Positions 23,384 through 34,576 of a stretch of 64,000 nucleotides of DNA are shown here, in pieces. Each line of letters opens with the position of its first letter. Position 1 is the first letter of the stretch. The notes beneath the pieces are model-generated. The model saw only the letters and a program-made list of their open reading frames with translations, did not search any database and had not been told where the DNA came from. The translations under genes were made by a program, and so were the position numbers. Source of the stretch: Octopus sinensis (taxonomy: Eukaryota); contig NC_043005.1 in assembly GCF_006345805.1 (NCBI RefSeq), positions 91,574,001 to 91,638,000 on the forward strand, given 5' to 3'.

Positions 23384-24108
23384 TTGGACTGAGCTTCAGA
23401 GTTATCCTTTTACATATTTGAATTCTACTTCGTTGTTAACTCCTACTATGTATACTATGCTTAACCTTAATCAGGTAAAGAGAAGGAAACTCTAACATCT
23501 TCAATTTTACTTTCTTTCGAAGACAAGAACGTTTATTTTGCTGCTTATACCCTATAACACTAGGTTTTCAAAGTGATTTTGCAAGTTCATTAATTCTTCA
23601 GACAAATCTGGAATAATTTTGTTTGCATTAACTTAAAACTGATTCACAGCCCCCTTGGGTATTTTCAGCTCTTCAAAATCTTAAAATTTGGTTCCCATGG
23701 CCAACTTCAGTGATGGAAGATGATTCATTTCTGTTAAACGTAAATGTTTATGCAACGTTTCCACAAATACTTTTGGACAGGGAAAGTCATGGAAGTCTCA
23801 GAAGTATCTTGTTTCCTTTCATTATAACATTGACTTCAACCGAATTGTTAAAAATATTAGAAAGGCGAACACCATTTATTTTTCTTCTTTCAAGATTACT
23901 GCATTGTTTCATCCATTTCATTTTAGTATGCATTAAAAGATGTCCAAATTCTTCTTCTTTTCTGTGATAAAGTTGACAAACTAAAGCATGTATTTAACGG
24001 ATGAGCTATAATCATTTTCATGGCCTTAGTAAAATTCATACAATGTATCTAAGATTCTTTGCACATGCATTCTTGACCCTGCAAAAAGTCCAAGATGTGA
24101 CAGCTGGA

Positions 24109-24225
<117 letters not shown>

Positions 24226-24229
24226 GAGA

Positions 24230-24386
24230 AGTGCACCAGCACTCGGCTGTATCAGTGGAGTACATTGGAATAATGTGAAATGAACTGCTGTGTTCAAGGA
24301 CACAATGCGCCGCATAGTCCAGGGATTGAACCTGCGACCTTATAATCGTGAGTCCAACATATTAACTACAAGGCTTGCAGCTTCAC
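24230..24386 (-). mobile_element. tRNA-derived SINE, third family (C)
   Basis: Minus strand GTAGTTAA..GGACTCACGATTATAAGGTCGCAGGTTCAATCCCTGG (tRNA-like A/B boxes), then GCATTGTGTCCTTGA. Confidence 0.6.
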
Positions 24387-24689
24387 TATATTTACTTTTT
24401 AGATCTAAAAGAAGTAAATCGTGAACATCGGAGTTTGGTGCAGCGTTAGGCATATTTTTGTTCTTCGAATTCACCATGCCTCTCTTAAAAACAGAAGAAA
24501 AAATCCATCAAAACTTGTTTTGAAAATGTGTTTAAAAGTATTGTATGGGCTTAAATATTTTATTTCTAAGAAAAATTACGACCCCTCTGAACATCTAACG
24601 CCCTATAGAGCACCACCTTGTGAGTTCACAATCTATCATCCAGATAAAGAACCAGTGTAAAGAGAGGAAAACGAAAGTAAATATTTTGA

Positions 24690-24860
24690 TACATTCGGTC
24701 TTATGTTCTGAGTTCAAATGTCACCGAGGTCGACTTTGCCTTTTATCTTTTCGGGGTCAGTGAAATAAGAACCAGTTGAGGACTGGGGTCGATGTAGTCA
24801 ACTAGCCCCTCCCCCACTCATCCAAAATTTCAGGCCTTGAGCCTATAATAGAAAAGAAAA
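24690..24860 (+). mobile_element. SINE A, headless (tail 2)
   Basis: GTTCTGAGTTCAAATGTCACCGAGGTCGACTTTGCC..CAAAATTTCAGGCCTTG. Confidence 0.8.
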
Positions 24861-24944
24861 AAATTTGGTGCGCTCATTTAGTTTGGCGTTCTGATAATTT
24901 TAATACTTCAAGTGTTTCGAGGTATGGCAAAATATGAATTACTT

Positions 24945-25430
24945 TTCAAAAGCTTTGAAGAAGACATGAAAATAGATGCAGACAGAAGATAACAAGAGAT
25001 GAAAAGGTGGTGGTGGGAGATAACATGGAAAGAAGAACAAGAACAAGAAGAAGACAGAAAATGGAAAGAAGATGACGAAGAAGGCAAAAGAAGCAAAAGC
25101 TGACGGTTGAAATTAAAAGAAGACAGTAAAAAAAAAAAGCCAGATAAAGACGAAGGCCGAAGAAGGAAAGAATAAAAGAAGGCAGAAGAAGGGAGAAGAA
25201 AGAAGATGAAAGAAGCGGAAGACGAAGAAAGGAAGAAGACGTAGCAAAAGGACGAGTAAGAAAGAAGAGGAGGAAGGAAGGAAGAAAAAGAAGGAAGAAT
25301 AAGATGAGGAGGGAGAAAGAAGATGAAAGGGAAGAAAGGGAACGAGCAGCGGGAGAAGTAGATTTTTTTTGAGAAGAAGACGACGTAGAAAGAAGAGAAA
25401 TGAAAGGCATTTAGAATTGAGTTGATCAAT
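24945..25430 (+). repeat. Degenerate (GAA)n purine-rich low-complexity tract
   Basis: Strongly A/G-biased strand. Confidence 0.85.
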
Positions 25431-25499
25431 TATTTAGTCTGACTTATTGACGAAATCAGGTTCGAAAAGAAAGCGAAACAAAGCAGAGAAGTTGCTTAC

Positions 25500-25767
25500 C
25501 TCGTCCAACCCATCATTGCCCACATCCCCCGACAAATACATATTAGCAAACATCAAGTAAGTACCTTATTTGGAGATGTAAGTCACTTCAATAAGTCTGC
25601 ATTGACAAGATTTGAATATATGTCTACGTAATCAATTCTTCCGAATGAAGAAACTAGCAAACAGCCAGGAATCAAATATTTATTTATTTATTTAGTTAAT
25701 TATTTATTTGTAAATCTGAAGTTTTAATTTGTTTTCTTTTTTGTACAAAGAGAGAGAAACGAACTGA
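25500..25767 (-). other. Candidate first exon of a minus-strand transcript
   Basis: Consensus donor GAG|GTAAG at 25500/25499; initiator-like TCAGTT at 25767-25762; non-repetitive sequence; product not recognised. Confidence 0.25.
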
Positions 25768-26107
25768 TTATAACGATTTCGATTAATGCAATGCAGCACA
25801 TTTAAAGAGATAGATGGCGGTCATGTAAATGCGATTGAATTGATAACCAGTATAATACTGGTATCTCATTTTATTGACAACCTGGAGGAATTAAAAGGTA
25901 AACTCGGATACCGTGGGATTTGAACTCAGAACGTAAAGAGTAAGACAGAATTACTACTGGACAGTAGTTTCAATCAGTAGATTTCAGGCTATGTGCCATG
26001 GACATGGCTATACTCACACCCACACATACATATATGCGTAAATACATACATATATTTTCATGCACACAAAAACACACATACATACATTATATATATATAT
26101 ATATGAG

Positions 26108-26519
26108 CAATAATTAATCTCTGAACGAGGTATAAACAGTAACTGCACGATAATGTGAGGTATACTTGCCATCTCAATATGGCTAACCACTAAGGGTGGG
26201 TATTACTGTAGCTTGTAGCCCCAGGAGAACATCGTCTCCAGCTGACTTTAGGCTGGAAAAACGATATAAGTATTTGCATTGGGACCCCTTTCATCGAAAA
26301 CCGGTGATTGTCGTACGCTGATGACAGGTCAAAACCTAGAAACTGCAGTCCGTGCGTATCACTTATGTTGACGAGGGAAGGATGACCTCCCTTTGAAAAT
26401 ACCATAAGAGCACAGAAAGTGTGCCTAAAGTCAGCTGGAGACGATGTTCTCCTGGGGCTACAAGCTACAGTAACAACCCACCCTTAGTGGTTAGCCATAT
26501 TGAGATGGCAAGTATACCT

Positions 26520-26525
<6 letters not shown>
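26108..26525 (+). mobile_element. Non-coding element with approx. 100-150-bp inverted arms around a hammerhead-containing core (Penelope/retrozyme-like)
   Basis: About 26153-26255 is the reverse complement of about 26424-26525; the arm recurs at 44180-44340; no ORF. Confidence 0.65.
26304..26362 (+). ncRNA. Type I hammerhead ribozyme (minimal stem III)
   Basis: Stem I CGTACG/CGTGCG plus GTGAT/ATCAC; core CTGATGA 26318-26324; stem II AGGT-CAAA-ACCT; GAAA 26339-26342; palindromic CTGCAG; GTC site with cleavage after 26350. Confidence 0.8.
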
Positions 26526-26567
<42 letters not shown>

Positions 26568-26683
26568 TATATATATATTACATAAATGAGGGTGAAAACT
26601 TAGATATTGATTTAATAATACCATTAGTTACACAACCCTAGCGCTGCCTAGCACATAAAAACCAGGAGGACAATACTAATTTA

Positions 26684-26913
26684 TCCGTAAATATAAGAGA
26701 GTTACCGTAAATTGGTTAACTCTAGTGCTAGAAATAGCTCCTTATTCTGGTATAGCGCTGACGATGCTTCCACAAAGAAATAACATTACCTTCACTTTCC
26801 TTACGTTGAAGGTAATGTTATTTCTTTGTGGAAGCATCGTCGGCGGCTATACCAGATAAGGAGCTATTTCTAGCACTAGAGTTAACCAATTTAACGGTAA
26901 CTCTCTTATATTT

Positions 26914-26918
<5 letters not shown>
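26684..26918. mobile_element. 235-bp fold-back MITE (almost entirely palindromic), TA flanks
   Basis: Arms of about 112 bp with only a few mismatches or indels, loop about 10 nt; termini TCCGTAAAT...ATTTACGGA. Confidence 0.85.
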
Positions 26919-26970
<52 letters not shown>

Positions 26971-26972
<2 letters not shown>

Positions 26973-28575
26973 GTATTTGACGGCATATTAGACGCACTGG
27001 CATATTAGACGCACCCTCATTTCAGCAGGTCAAATTCAGGAAAAAAAGTTTTAAGTGTATTTAAGCATATATTGTTGAAAGCAGTCTAGCAGCACATTAC
27101 AAAAGCAGAAAACATTGCTGTATAAAAGCAAGCATACAAAAGGAAAGCATACAAATTACAAGAGTAATCATCTTTAATCATCTTTTTAACCAGAAAACTC
27201 TTCATCATCTTCTACACCAGAAAAGTCTTCATCATCTTCAAAACAAGGAACATCTTCATCACTACTGCTGAAATCACTGTCTTCAAATAATGCATCATCT
27301 TCTGTGCCATCAAGGGCATTGCTAATGCCACACTTCTTAAAAGCCTTCACAATGATTTCAGGCCTAACATCATCCCAAGATTTCTTCACCCACTCACACA
27401 CTTCAGCAATGGTGGGCCGCTTCATTCTTCCTGTGGGTGTGAGGGCATGATGTGGCTCTGCCATCCACTTGTTCCAATGTTCACGCATGTTCTGCTTAAA
27501 TGACTTATTCACAGACACATATAAAGGCTGCAATTGACTCGTCAGTCCACCAGGAATGACAGCTAACTGCGTTTTCGATTCTCCCACCCTTTTTTTAATG
27601 GCTTCAGTTCTATGTGCTCTAAACTGATCCCAAACCAGAAGAGAATGTTTTCTTAATAGTCCACCAGGACGCCTTGACCATATATTTTGTAACCACAGTT
27701 TCATTCCATTTTCGTCCATCCAGCCTTTTTCGTGAACATGAACTAGTTTTAGACCCTTTGACACTCACAGTCCTGTTGGATGGTACATCAAATGTGAGTG
27801 GAACTTCGTCCATATTCCCTATTTGGACCAGTTCAAAACAAATTTTCTTTCTTGCATTTATAACAAATCTATGAAAATACAATATTTTTTCTTCATAATC
27901 AGCAGGCATTTTTTGTGCAATGGATGTTTTTGTACGCATTGATAAACCCTTCCGTTTCATAAACCTGTAACACCAACCAGCAAAGTTCTGTATCCCTCGT
28001 TGTTCTGCTACTCTCATGGCCTCATGAATTATCATTTTGGTAGATACACTTCTCCCTGAGTTTCTCTCATCAAGCACCCACGTTTTTATATCATCCTCAA
28101 GTTCTGGCCAATGTGGGGCTGGGCAACGAAGGTTATGTTTACCTTTCTGTGCTCTCATCAGCTGCTCTTCTTGCTGTCGCCAGACACGTATCATTTTTTC
28201 TGTAGGTGGTGGCTCAAAAACCCTTGCTGCTGCTCTATTTCCATGCTCCTTGGCATAATCTACCACTCGTAGTTTGTAGGAGATTTTGTAGCTTGGTCTT
28301 TTTGCTGCCATAGCCGTGAGGGTGCTTGTACTGTGGTAGTGTGTTTTGTTATGATCATAAACTTTGTTGTACCAAGATATCCAACCTACCTCCGTATATA
28401 CACGAACTTGCAACTATCATGTGCATTCCGTAGTTTTACTCCTCACCGTCAGATAGCATCGAGTTAGGGTTCCGACCAGCTGATATTAGTAAACGCGTGT
28501 CATGGATCGCAGCCTAACAATTTACGGTAGATTGCTTTGATTTTTACGATAATTCGTATTTTAAAGTAATAATAC

Positions 28576-28618
<43 letters not shown>

Positions 28619-28806
28619 AGCAATAAAATAATGATGTATGAGTACGGAAAATATCATTAAGGTGTTAGCGTAGGTAGAAATACTTATCGTAAGCTAGGTT
28701 AGTGAGCGTCTGGGAGAAGATTAGCCTACGGGAGGGTCTTGACTTCGCATATTAGACGCAGGGCGATTTTTTGAGCCAAGTGCGTCCTATATGCCGTCAA
28801 ATACGG
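26971..28806 (-). mobile_element. pogo-superfamily transposon (POGK/Passer-like, DD35D), both TIRs present, transposase disabled
   Basis: TIR CCGTATTTGACGGCATAT..GACGCAC; TA flanks; CDS relic 28311-27186 with Brinker-type DBD, HTH, NMDE, VWDQF and QPL(Y) motifs; 35 residues between D2 and the D3 position; frameshifting deletion at 27744/27745. Confidence 0.92.
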
Positions 28807-29125
28807 TATATATATATATATATACATGTGTGTGCGCACCCACGTACATGCGCACAAACAAACAAAAAGAACGCAGCTCGGAGAATGGACGGAGTCAACA
28901 ACTATTGAAAAGATTGCAAGACGCAACGAAAATTTTTGAAAAAATAAATATGTAAATGAATGGAGACTTTATCGGTGAGTGTGTTAAATTATGAGGCACT
29001 AAAAGAGAATGACTCTCCCCAGACACAACAGAATAAGTTTTAACATACGAACTCACATAAAGAATTTTGCAAATCTAATCCGAAAACGAAATATATGTGT
29101 ATATGTACATACATACATACATACA

Positions 29126-29158
<33 letters not shown>

Positions 29159-29162
<4 letters not shown>

Positions 29163-29358
29163 AGTTAATCCAAACATAAAAACACAAAGAGAAAACACAA
29201 CAACGCGAGGACGTGTTATTGGACGCTCAGGAAAGGAAAGAAAGAAGGAGGACTTAACGTTTCGAGCGGAGCTCTTCGTCAGAAACATGGAAAAAGGAAA
29301 GATCCAAGGAAGGGAAGACGGAGGGGGAAAAATCGCCAACGATACACACGCGGTCACA
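29159..29358 (-). mobile_element. Approx. 200-bp microsatellite-flanked repeat (family H) with hammerhead-like motif
   Basis: Minus strand GTTT-CTGACGA-A-GAGC-TCC-GCTC-GAA-ACGT-T-AAGT at 29251-29287; homologous to 40105-40325 and 45658-45860. Confidence 0.7.
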
Positions 29359-29380
29359 TATTGAATATATATATATATAT

Positions 29381-30381
29381 TGTTACGAATACCTGCCGTC
29401 GCCCAAACTCTTCGGAAACCCGGGACACTACCAAGTCGAGCGACGACGATCGACCGGCTCGATCGAACGGTGAATTCGCCACGGACTCAGAGAGAGAATT
29501 CGGTGGGGGAAGGCGGCAGCGAACTCGACGACCGGCGACCGGAGAGAACAACAAACAACAGCAGGAAGAGATACAGAGAGACACGACGGAAAGCAATTTG
29601 GCTTACGTTTAACAACAGTTTATGACAATTACGACATCAAATACAATGTAAAATACATCAGGTACATCAAAGAGAATAACATGCAACAAAATTAACAAGA
29701 TCAAAGCATGCAGGTACAATATACAGTCCGGAGACAACAGTTCAGATCAAATTAAAACAAATAATGTTCACATTAACGATACAGTTCAAATTGATGCAAT
29801 ATAGTTCAGAGTTCAATGTTCTACATTAGAGTCTTTCTCTTTCTTTTTCAACAACTCCGTAACACAATTCACAATGTTCTTTATAATCTCATTTCTTTAA
29901 TTCAGTACTTCTTCCTCCTTTTTCACATCAATCTTTTACATTTCAACAATTCTTTTCCTTCTTTAACACATCAAAACATAAACAAACATACTGTTACGAG
30001 CTACTACAAATAGCCAGTGCCTTCACACCGTAATCTCCCCCAGCTCCTTCTTAGCTCCTTAATCCTATCTGCCTGTCTTCCTCTACGCTGTCGCTTGTCA
30101 TCCTCTCACTCTTCTTTCTGTCTTTCTCGCCACGCTTGTCATCTCTGCATCGACCCTCACGCCAGTTCGCTCTGTTCCCCGACTGTTCAACAGACTCACA
30201 GCTCCCGCTTTTTAAAGGGTAGCTTCCTCGACCCTTCTTTGACCGGCACAGGGTCGAAGGTCTCTTCAAAAGTCATCACTCTCTCCAGAAAGTGGCAGAA
30301 CAAAGGATTTACTCGCCTGCTTGACGCCAGCTCACAAGAAGTAGGTCGCAAGCACTGTCCCCGAATTGACCCCCCATATCA
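29381..30381. mobile_element. 1.0-kb solo-LTR-like element related in architecture to 21372-22475
   Basis: Starts ATAT|TGTTACG, ends ..TATCA|ATAT; same order of GC-rich, AT-rich and CT-rich segments. Confidence 0.5.
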
Positions 30382-30609
30382 ATATATATGCAGTGAGGGA
30401 AGGGAAACAATTAGGCAAGGCATGACAAGGACATGTGATCTAATTTAATTCAATCTAATTTAGCTACATAACAAATGGTATAAAAGAGTTTCTGATAGCT
30501 GTTCCTGGGATATCCCAGCAACTGGAGTAGCGTATCGAGCGAAGACGTCTGTAGGTTAGGTTACCGTCATCAGAGAGATATAGCTTAGACAGTGGAAGAA
30601 TGTTCGTCA

Positions 30610-30760
30610 TCGATAATATTTGTTGTGATTCATTATTTCCAGAAGGGGTGGAAGGTCCACCTTCTGATCATGGATTTATTTAAAGAATACCCGATCTAAC
30701 TGGATTTAAATAGATCCTCCCACCCTCCTGGACATAATGAACCACAACAAATATCATCGA
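30610..30760. repeat. 150-bp imperfect hairpin (48-bp arms), probable small MITE
   Basis: 30610-30657 is the reverse complement of 30713-30760 with several mismatches. Confidence 0.7.
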
Positions 30761-30799
30761 ATTAAATTAAATGTCCTTGTCATGCCATGCCTTTTATCG

Positions 30800-31557
30800 A
30801 TCCCAATTATTTGATTGGTTCTTTAGTTATCGATCCCGAAAGAATGAATGTAAAGTTGACCCCGTCGCAGTTTGAACTGAGAACATAAACAGGCGGGAGA
30901 AATGTCGGACTTTCTAAGCATTTCGTCAGCTCACCGGCTTAATAACAATAGTTTCAGGTTTTGGCACAAAGCCAACAATTTCGCGGGAGGAGGTAAGTCG
31001 ATTACATCGACCCTAGTATCCAACTGCTCCTTATTATATCGATCTCGAAAAGATGATAGGCAAAACTGACCTCGGCGGAATTTGAACTCAGAACGTGAGA
31101 CGAACGAAATGCCTCGAAGCATTTTGCTTGGTGTGCTAATGATTCTGCCAGATCACCGCCTTAGTAATAATTTCAAAGTTTGGCACAATGCCAATAATTT
31201 CGGGAGATGGGATATGTCAATTACATCGCCCCCCAGTAATCAGCTGGTGCTTATTTTCTCGATACCGAAAGGTTGAAAGGCAAAGTCGACCTTGCCTGAA
31301 TAATAATAATGATTATTATTATTTATTTCTTTATTGCCCACAAGGGGCTAAACATAGAGGGGACAAACAAGGACAGACAAACCGATTAAGTCGATTACAT
31401 CGACTCCAGTGCGCAACTGGTACTTAATTTATCGACCCCGAAAGGATGAAAGGCAAGGTTGACCTCGATGGAATTTGAACTTAGAACGTAACGGCAGACG
31501 AAATACGGCTAAGCATTTCGCCCGGTGTGCTAACGTTTCTGCCAGCTCGCCGCCTTG
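30800..31557 (-). mobile_element. Head-to-tail chain of four SINE A copies
   Basis: Core GAAAG..TGA..GGCAAAG(T)CGACC repeated near 30835, 31045, 31265 and 31440; full head at 31530-31557. Confidence 0.8.
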
Positions 31558-31566
31558 TGTTTATCA

Positions 31567-31607
<41 letters not shown>

Positions 31608-32785
31608 GTTGTTGTTGTTGTTATTGTTATTATTATTATTATTATTATTTGCCTCCAGAGCGACAGATGGAGAGGAGTGGGTCTATTTACAACGGCAAGT
31701 ATAAAGTGTAGATATTTACATAGAAGACTGAATAAAAGAAGAATTACTCTATTTGATCACTGAATGCAATTTCATACAATTGATTCATGCATACAGAGCA
31801 TGAAACGTTAAGATTAAAAGATTTACAAATACCTGCAGAGTATGACAAACTAGTTATGCAACAACAAAGGGGAGTGAGACAAGGACGTTATACAAAGAAA
31901 ACTATTTTAAAACATTGTGTAATAACACTAACATACACTAAATGGATAATTATAAAAGAATGCAGTAAATAAAACAAGGTATTTAAAAAGAGCATAGAAA
32001 AAATATTCAGGCTGAGATCCCCACCCAATGGAAGAGAAACCACTCTGTGAGTTAGAACGGACCTATGTCGCTTCGAGCCTGTCAACCACTCGCATTGGAT
32101 TCGTTACATTCAAATGTGCCCGTTGACATCTGCGCGGAATGAAACTAGGAACAACCTATGCCTTCTAGATAATCCTTCTTCAGCATGTCATAATATTGAT
32201 TTTACAAAAAGTCTGTGACTTGAATTTCTGCATTTCGGTCGCATTTGGTTTTCTGCAATATTCTAGGCAATATTCGTGAGCCCACATTTGCACCATTCTG
32301 TTTATAAGGCACTAACTCTACTTTCGTCGTCATCATAAAGAAGGGCTCCTTCCAACTCTTTCTGATTGTCTTTTGCTGCGGTTCGTTCTTATTTTTTGAA
32401 GTTTTCTACTCCTTTTTGCTGTTCACTATCTCTCTAGCAGTTTGAGAATCTTTCTCGGTTACCATAACCTTCTCTCTTGTGTTATTGGCAAAATAGATTC
32501 TCTCCTCTCACAAACATCTGATTGTGGAAGACTGACTTCAGTCTAAAAAACAAAATGTTATATATTGAGTCTTTTTTTTTGGTTTTGTTTGAAAGAATGT
32601 TTAACTTTTCTATTACTTCTGCGTGAGTTCATCAATAAATTAATAAATTCTTTACTCGTATTTCTAATCATTCTGAGGGGCGAATTTAAGGGAAGAAGAA
32701 ACCAATTTTATTCTAACGTAAGATAGTAGAGGAAATTGAAAATATTAAAACAAAAGAAAGACCTTGTTGGCTAACTCCAGAGTAT

Positions 32786-32849
<64 letters not shown>

Positions 32850-32894
32850 AATGAGTTCAATAGGGACCCCTTTCCTCATTGAACAATGAGTTCA

Positions 32895-33090
32895 ATAAGG
32901 AGGAGGGAGCTAGTCGATCACACCGACCCTAGTGCTTAATTGGTACTTATTTCATCGGCCCCGAAAGGAAGAAAGGTAAAGTCGACCTCGACGGAATTTA
33001 AACTCAGCAATCCACCCGACGTGCTAACGATTCTGCCAGCTCGCAGCATTTTCTGTCAGTTGTAGCCTTTTCTGCCAGCTCGCCGCCTTC
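32895..33090 (-). mobile_element. SINE A with duplicated head end
   Basis: CCCCGAAAGGAAGAAAGGTAAAGTCGACCTCG and two TTCTGCCAGCTCGC motifs. Confidence 0.7.
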
Positions 33091-33412
33091 AATAATAATC
33101 ACCGATTTAATAGCAATGATTTCTAGAAGGAACAGTGTTATAAATTAAGAAGAGGGGTGAGAAAATGAGTTATGGTGTTTATTTCTTGTAAACTGAAGTC
33201 AAAATGATCTAACTGTGAATTCAGAACGAGGTCTTGGTTCACTGAAAACATTCGTCGCACTTCAGAACGCACTAGTAACAAGTTGTTCTACTAGTTTTAA
33301 AGAGACACTCCCAGTTGGAAAGATTTATTGGGGTTTTAATACATACACAATGCCTGAATGCTATTTTTATATGCATACATAAACACAAACTCTTTCTTTC
33401 TCCCCCCCCCAC

Positions 33413-33467
<55 letters not shown>

Positions 33468-34545
33468 ATCTGAACTATTTATGTTAAATAGCATGAAATG
33501 AAAGTCTTCTGTACAATGTGCCACGGTCATGTGATTTTGGCGACCCGTCTCTTCTGGTAAGTCACTATCTACTTTTTGCTCGGTCTGCCGAGAGCATGCC
33601 ACTGTTTTATCGTATTTGCACCTAATATTTATAAGAGACGTATAACTTCAACAGACTATTGTTATATTATCCACAGATGAGAAATGAATGAACCACTACT
33701 TCATTAGATCTCCTATAAATAACAGCAACCTCTACACCACATCATATCCTATTTTCATTAAAAGTCCAAGCTGTACAGTGCAGTCTTGGACATACAAAAA
33801 GACGGAGTGGTCATGGCTAGGACAGCTTTATCATAGGCTTGCTCAATGGGCTGACTTGGGGCGAAACGCAATCATTATCATTGACAGAGCCTCAGTGTTG
33901 AGCGTGCACACGGCCATGTGCTTTTGTTTAAACACAGACCAGCCCAACCAGATTAAAGACCAGATATATTCCGAGTATGAACATTCCGTCTTTTATTCAG
34001 ACATAAAATACACAGGGCTACTTCATTGAAAGTGTATTTCCCCTTCTTTCTTTTGACGGTGGTAGGTGCGATTTGAATGAGATTTGGTTGATATTTCTAG
34101 CAGATCAGTAACTGCATAGAGCTGCCATCGCAAAAGCTTTTGTAGTTTTTGTTGATGTTCTAAGTGATGATCTTGTTCATGTTGTTGTTTAACTGAGGCC
34201 AGCACTGATCAACCAGACCTGTAATCATAAACTCACAAGTGGCGGCAATCCTATCTTCTATCTAAACGCGTATTGTATTTAGGACAACATTGCCCAATGA
34301 CATTTCTCTCCTTTTAAGATGACAGGGCGTTATTTCCGAGAAATTTTGACATCAGGAGTCTAAGTGAAGTGACGTGTTCAGCGAAAGTTTGAAGCCTGCA
34401 TTATTAACTGTTTATATAAGGCACTACGTTGTGTCGAACAGTATTGGTAATAACGATGGCCATAAGTATATACCAATCAAAGACTGGAGAACATTGCGCG
34501 CGCACGCATGCACCCCCACCCCCACACATATATGCATATATATGA

Positions 34546-34576
<31 letters not shown>

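Noticed and set aside
30488-30530. Palindrome CTGGGATATCCCAG followed by GAACAGCTATC (possible decayed hammerhead, minus strand)
   Set aside because: No recognisable CTGANGA core and no stem I.
32050-32560. Minus-strand EWCKCG motif suggesting a P2X7-like transposon-associated domain
   Set aside because: Only five residues match, and the frame is riddled with stops.
33557-33675. Intron-like segment GTAAGT...ATTATCCACAG
   Set aside because: Splicing gives stops in all three frames within a few codons, and there is no independent evidence of a transcript.
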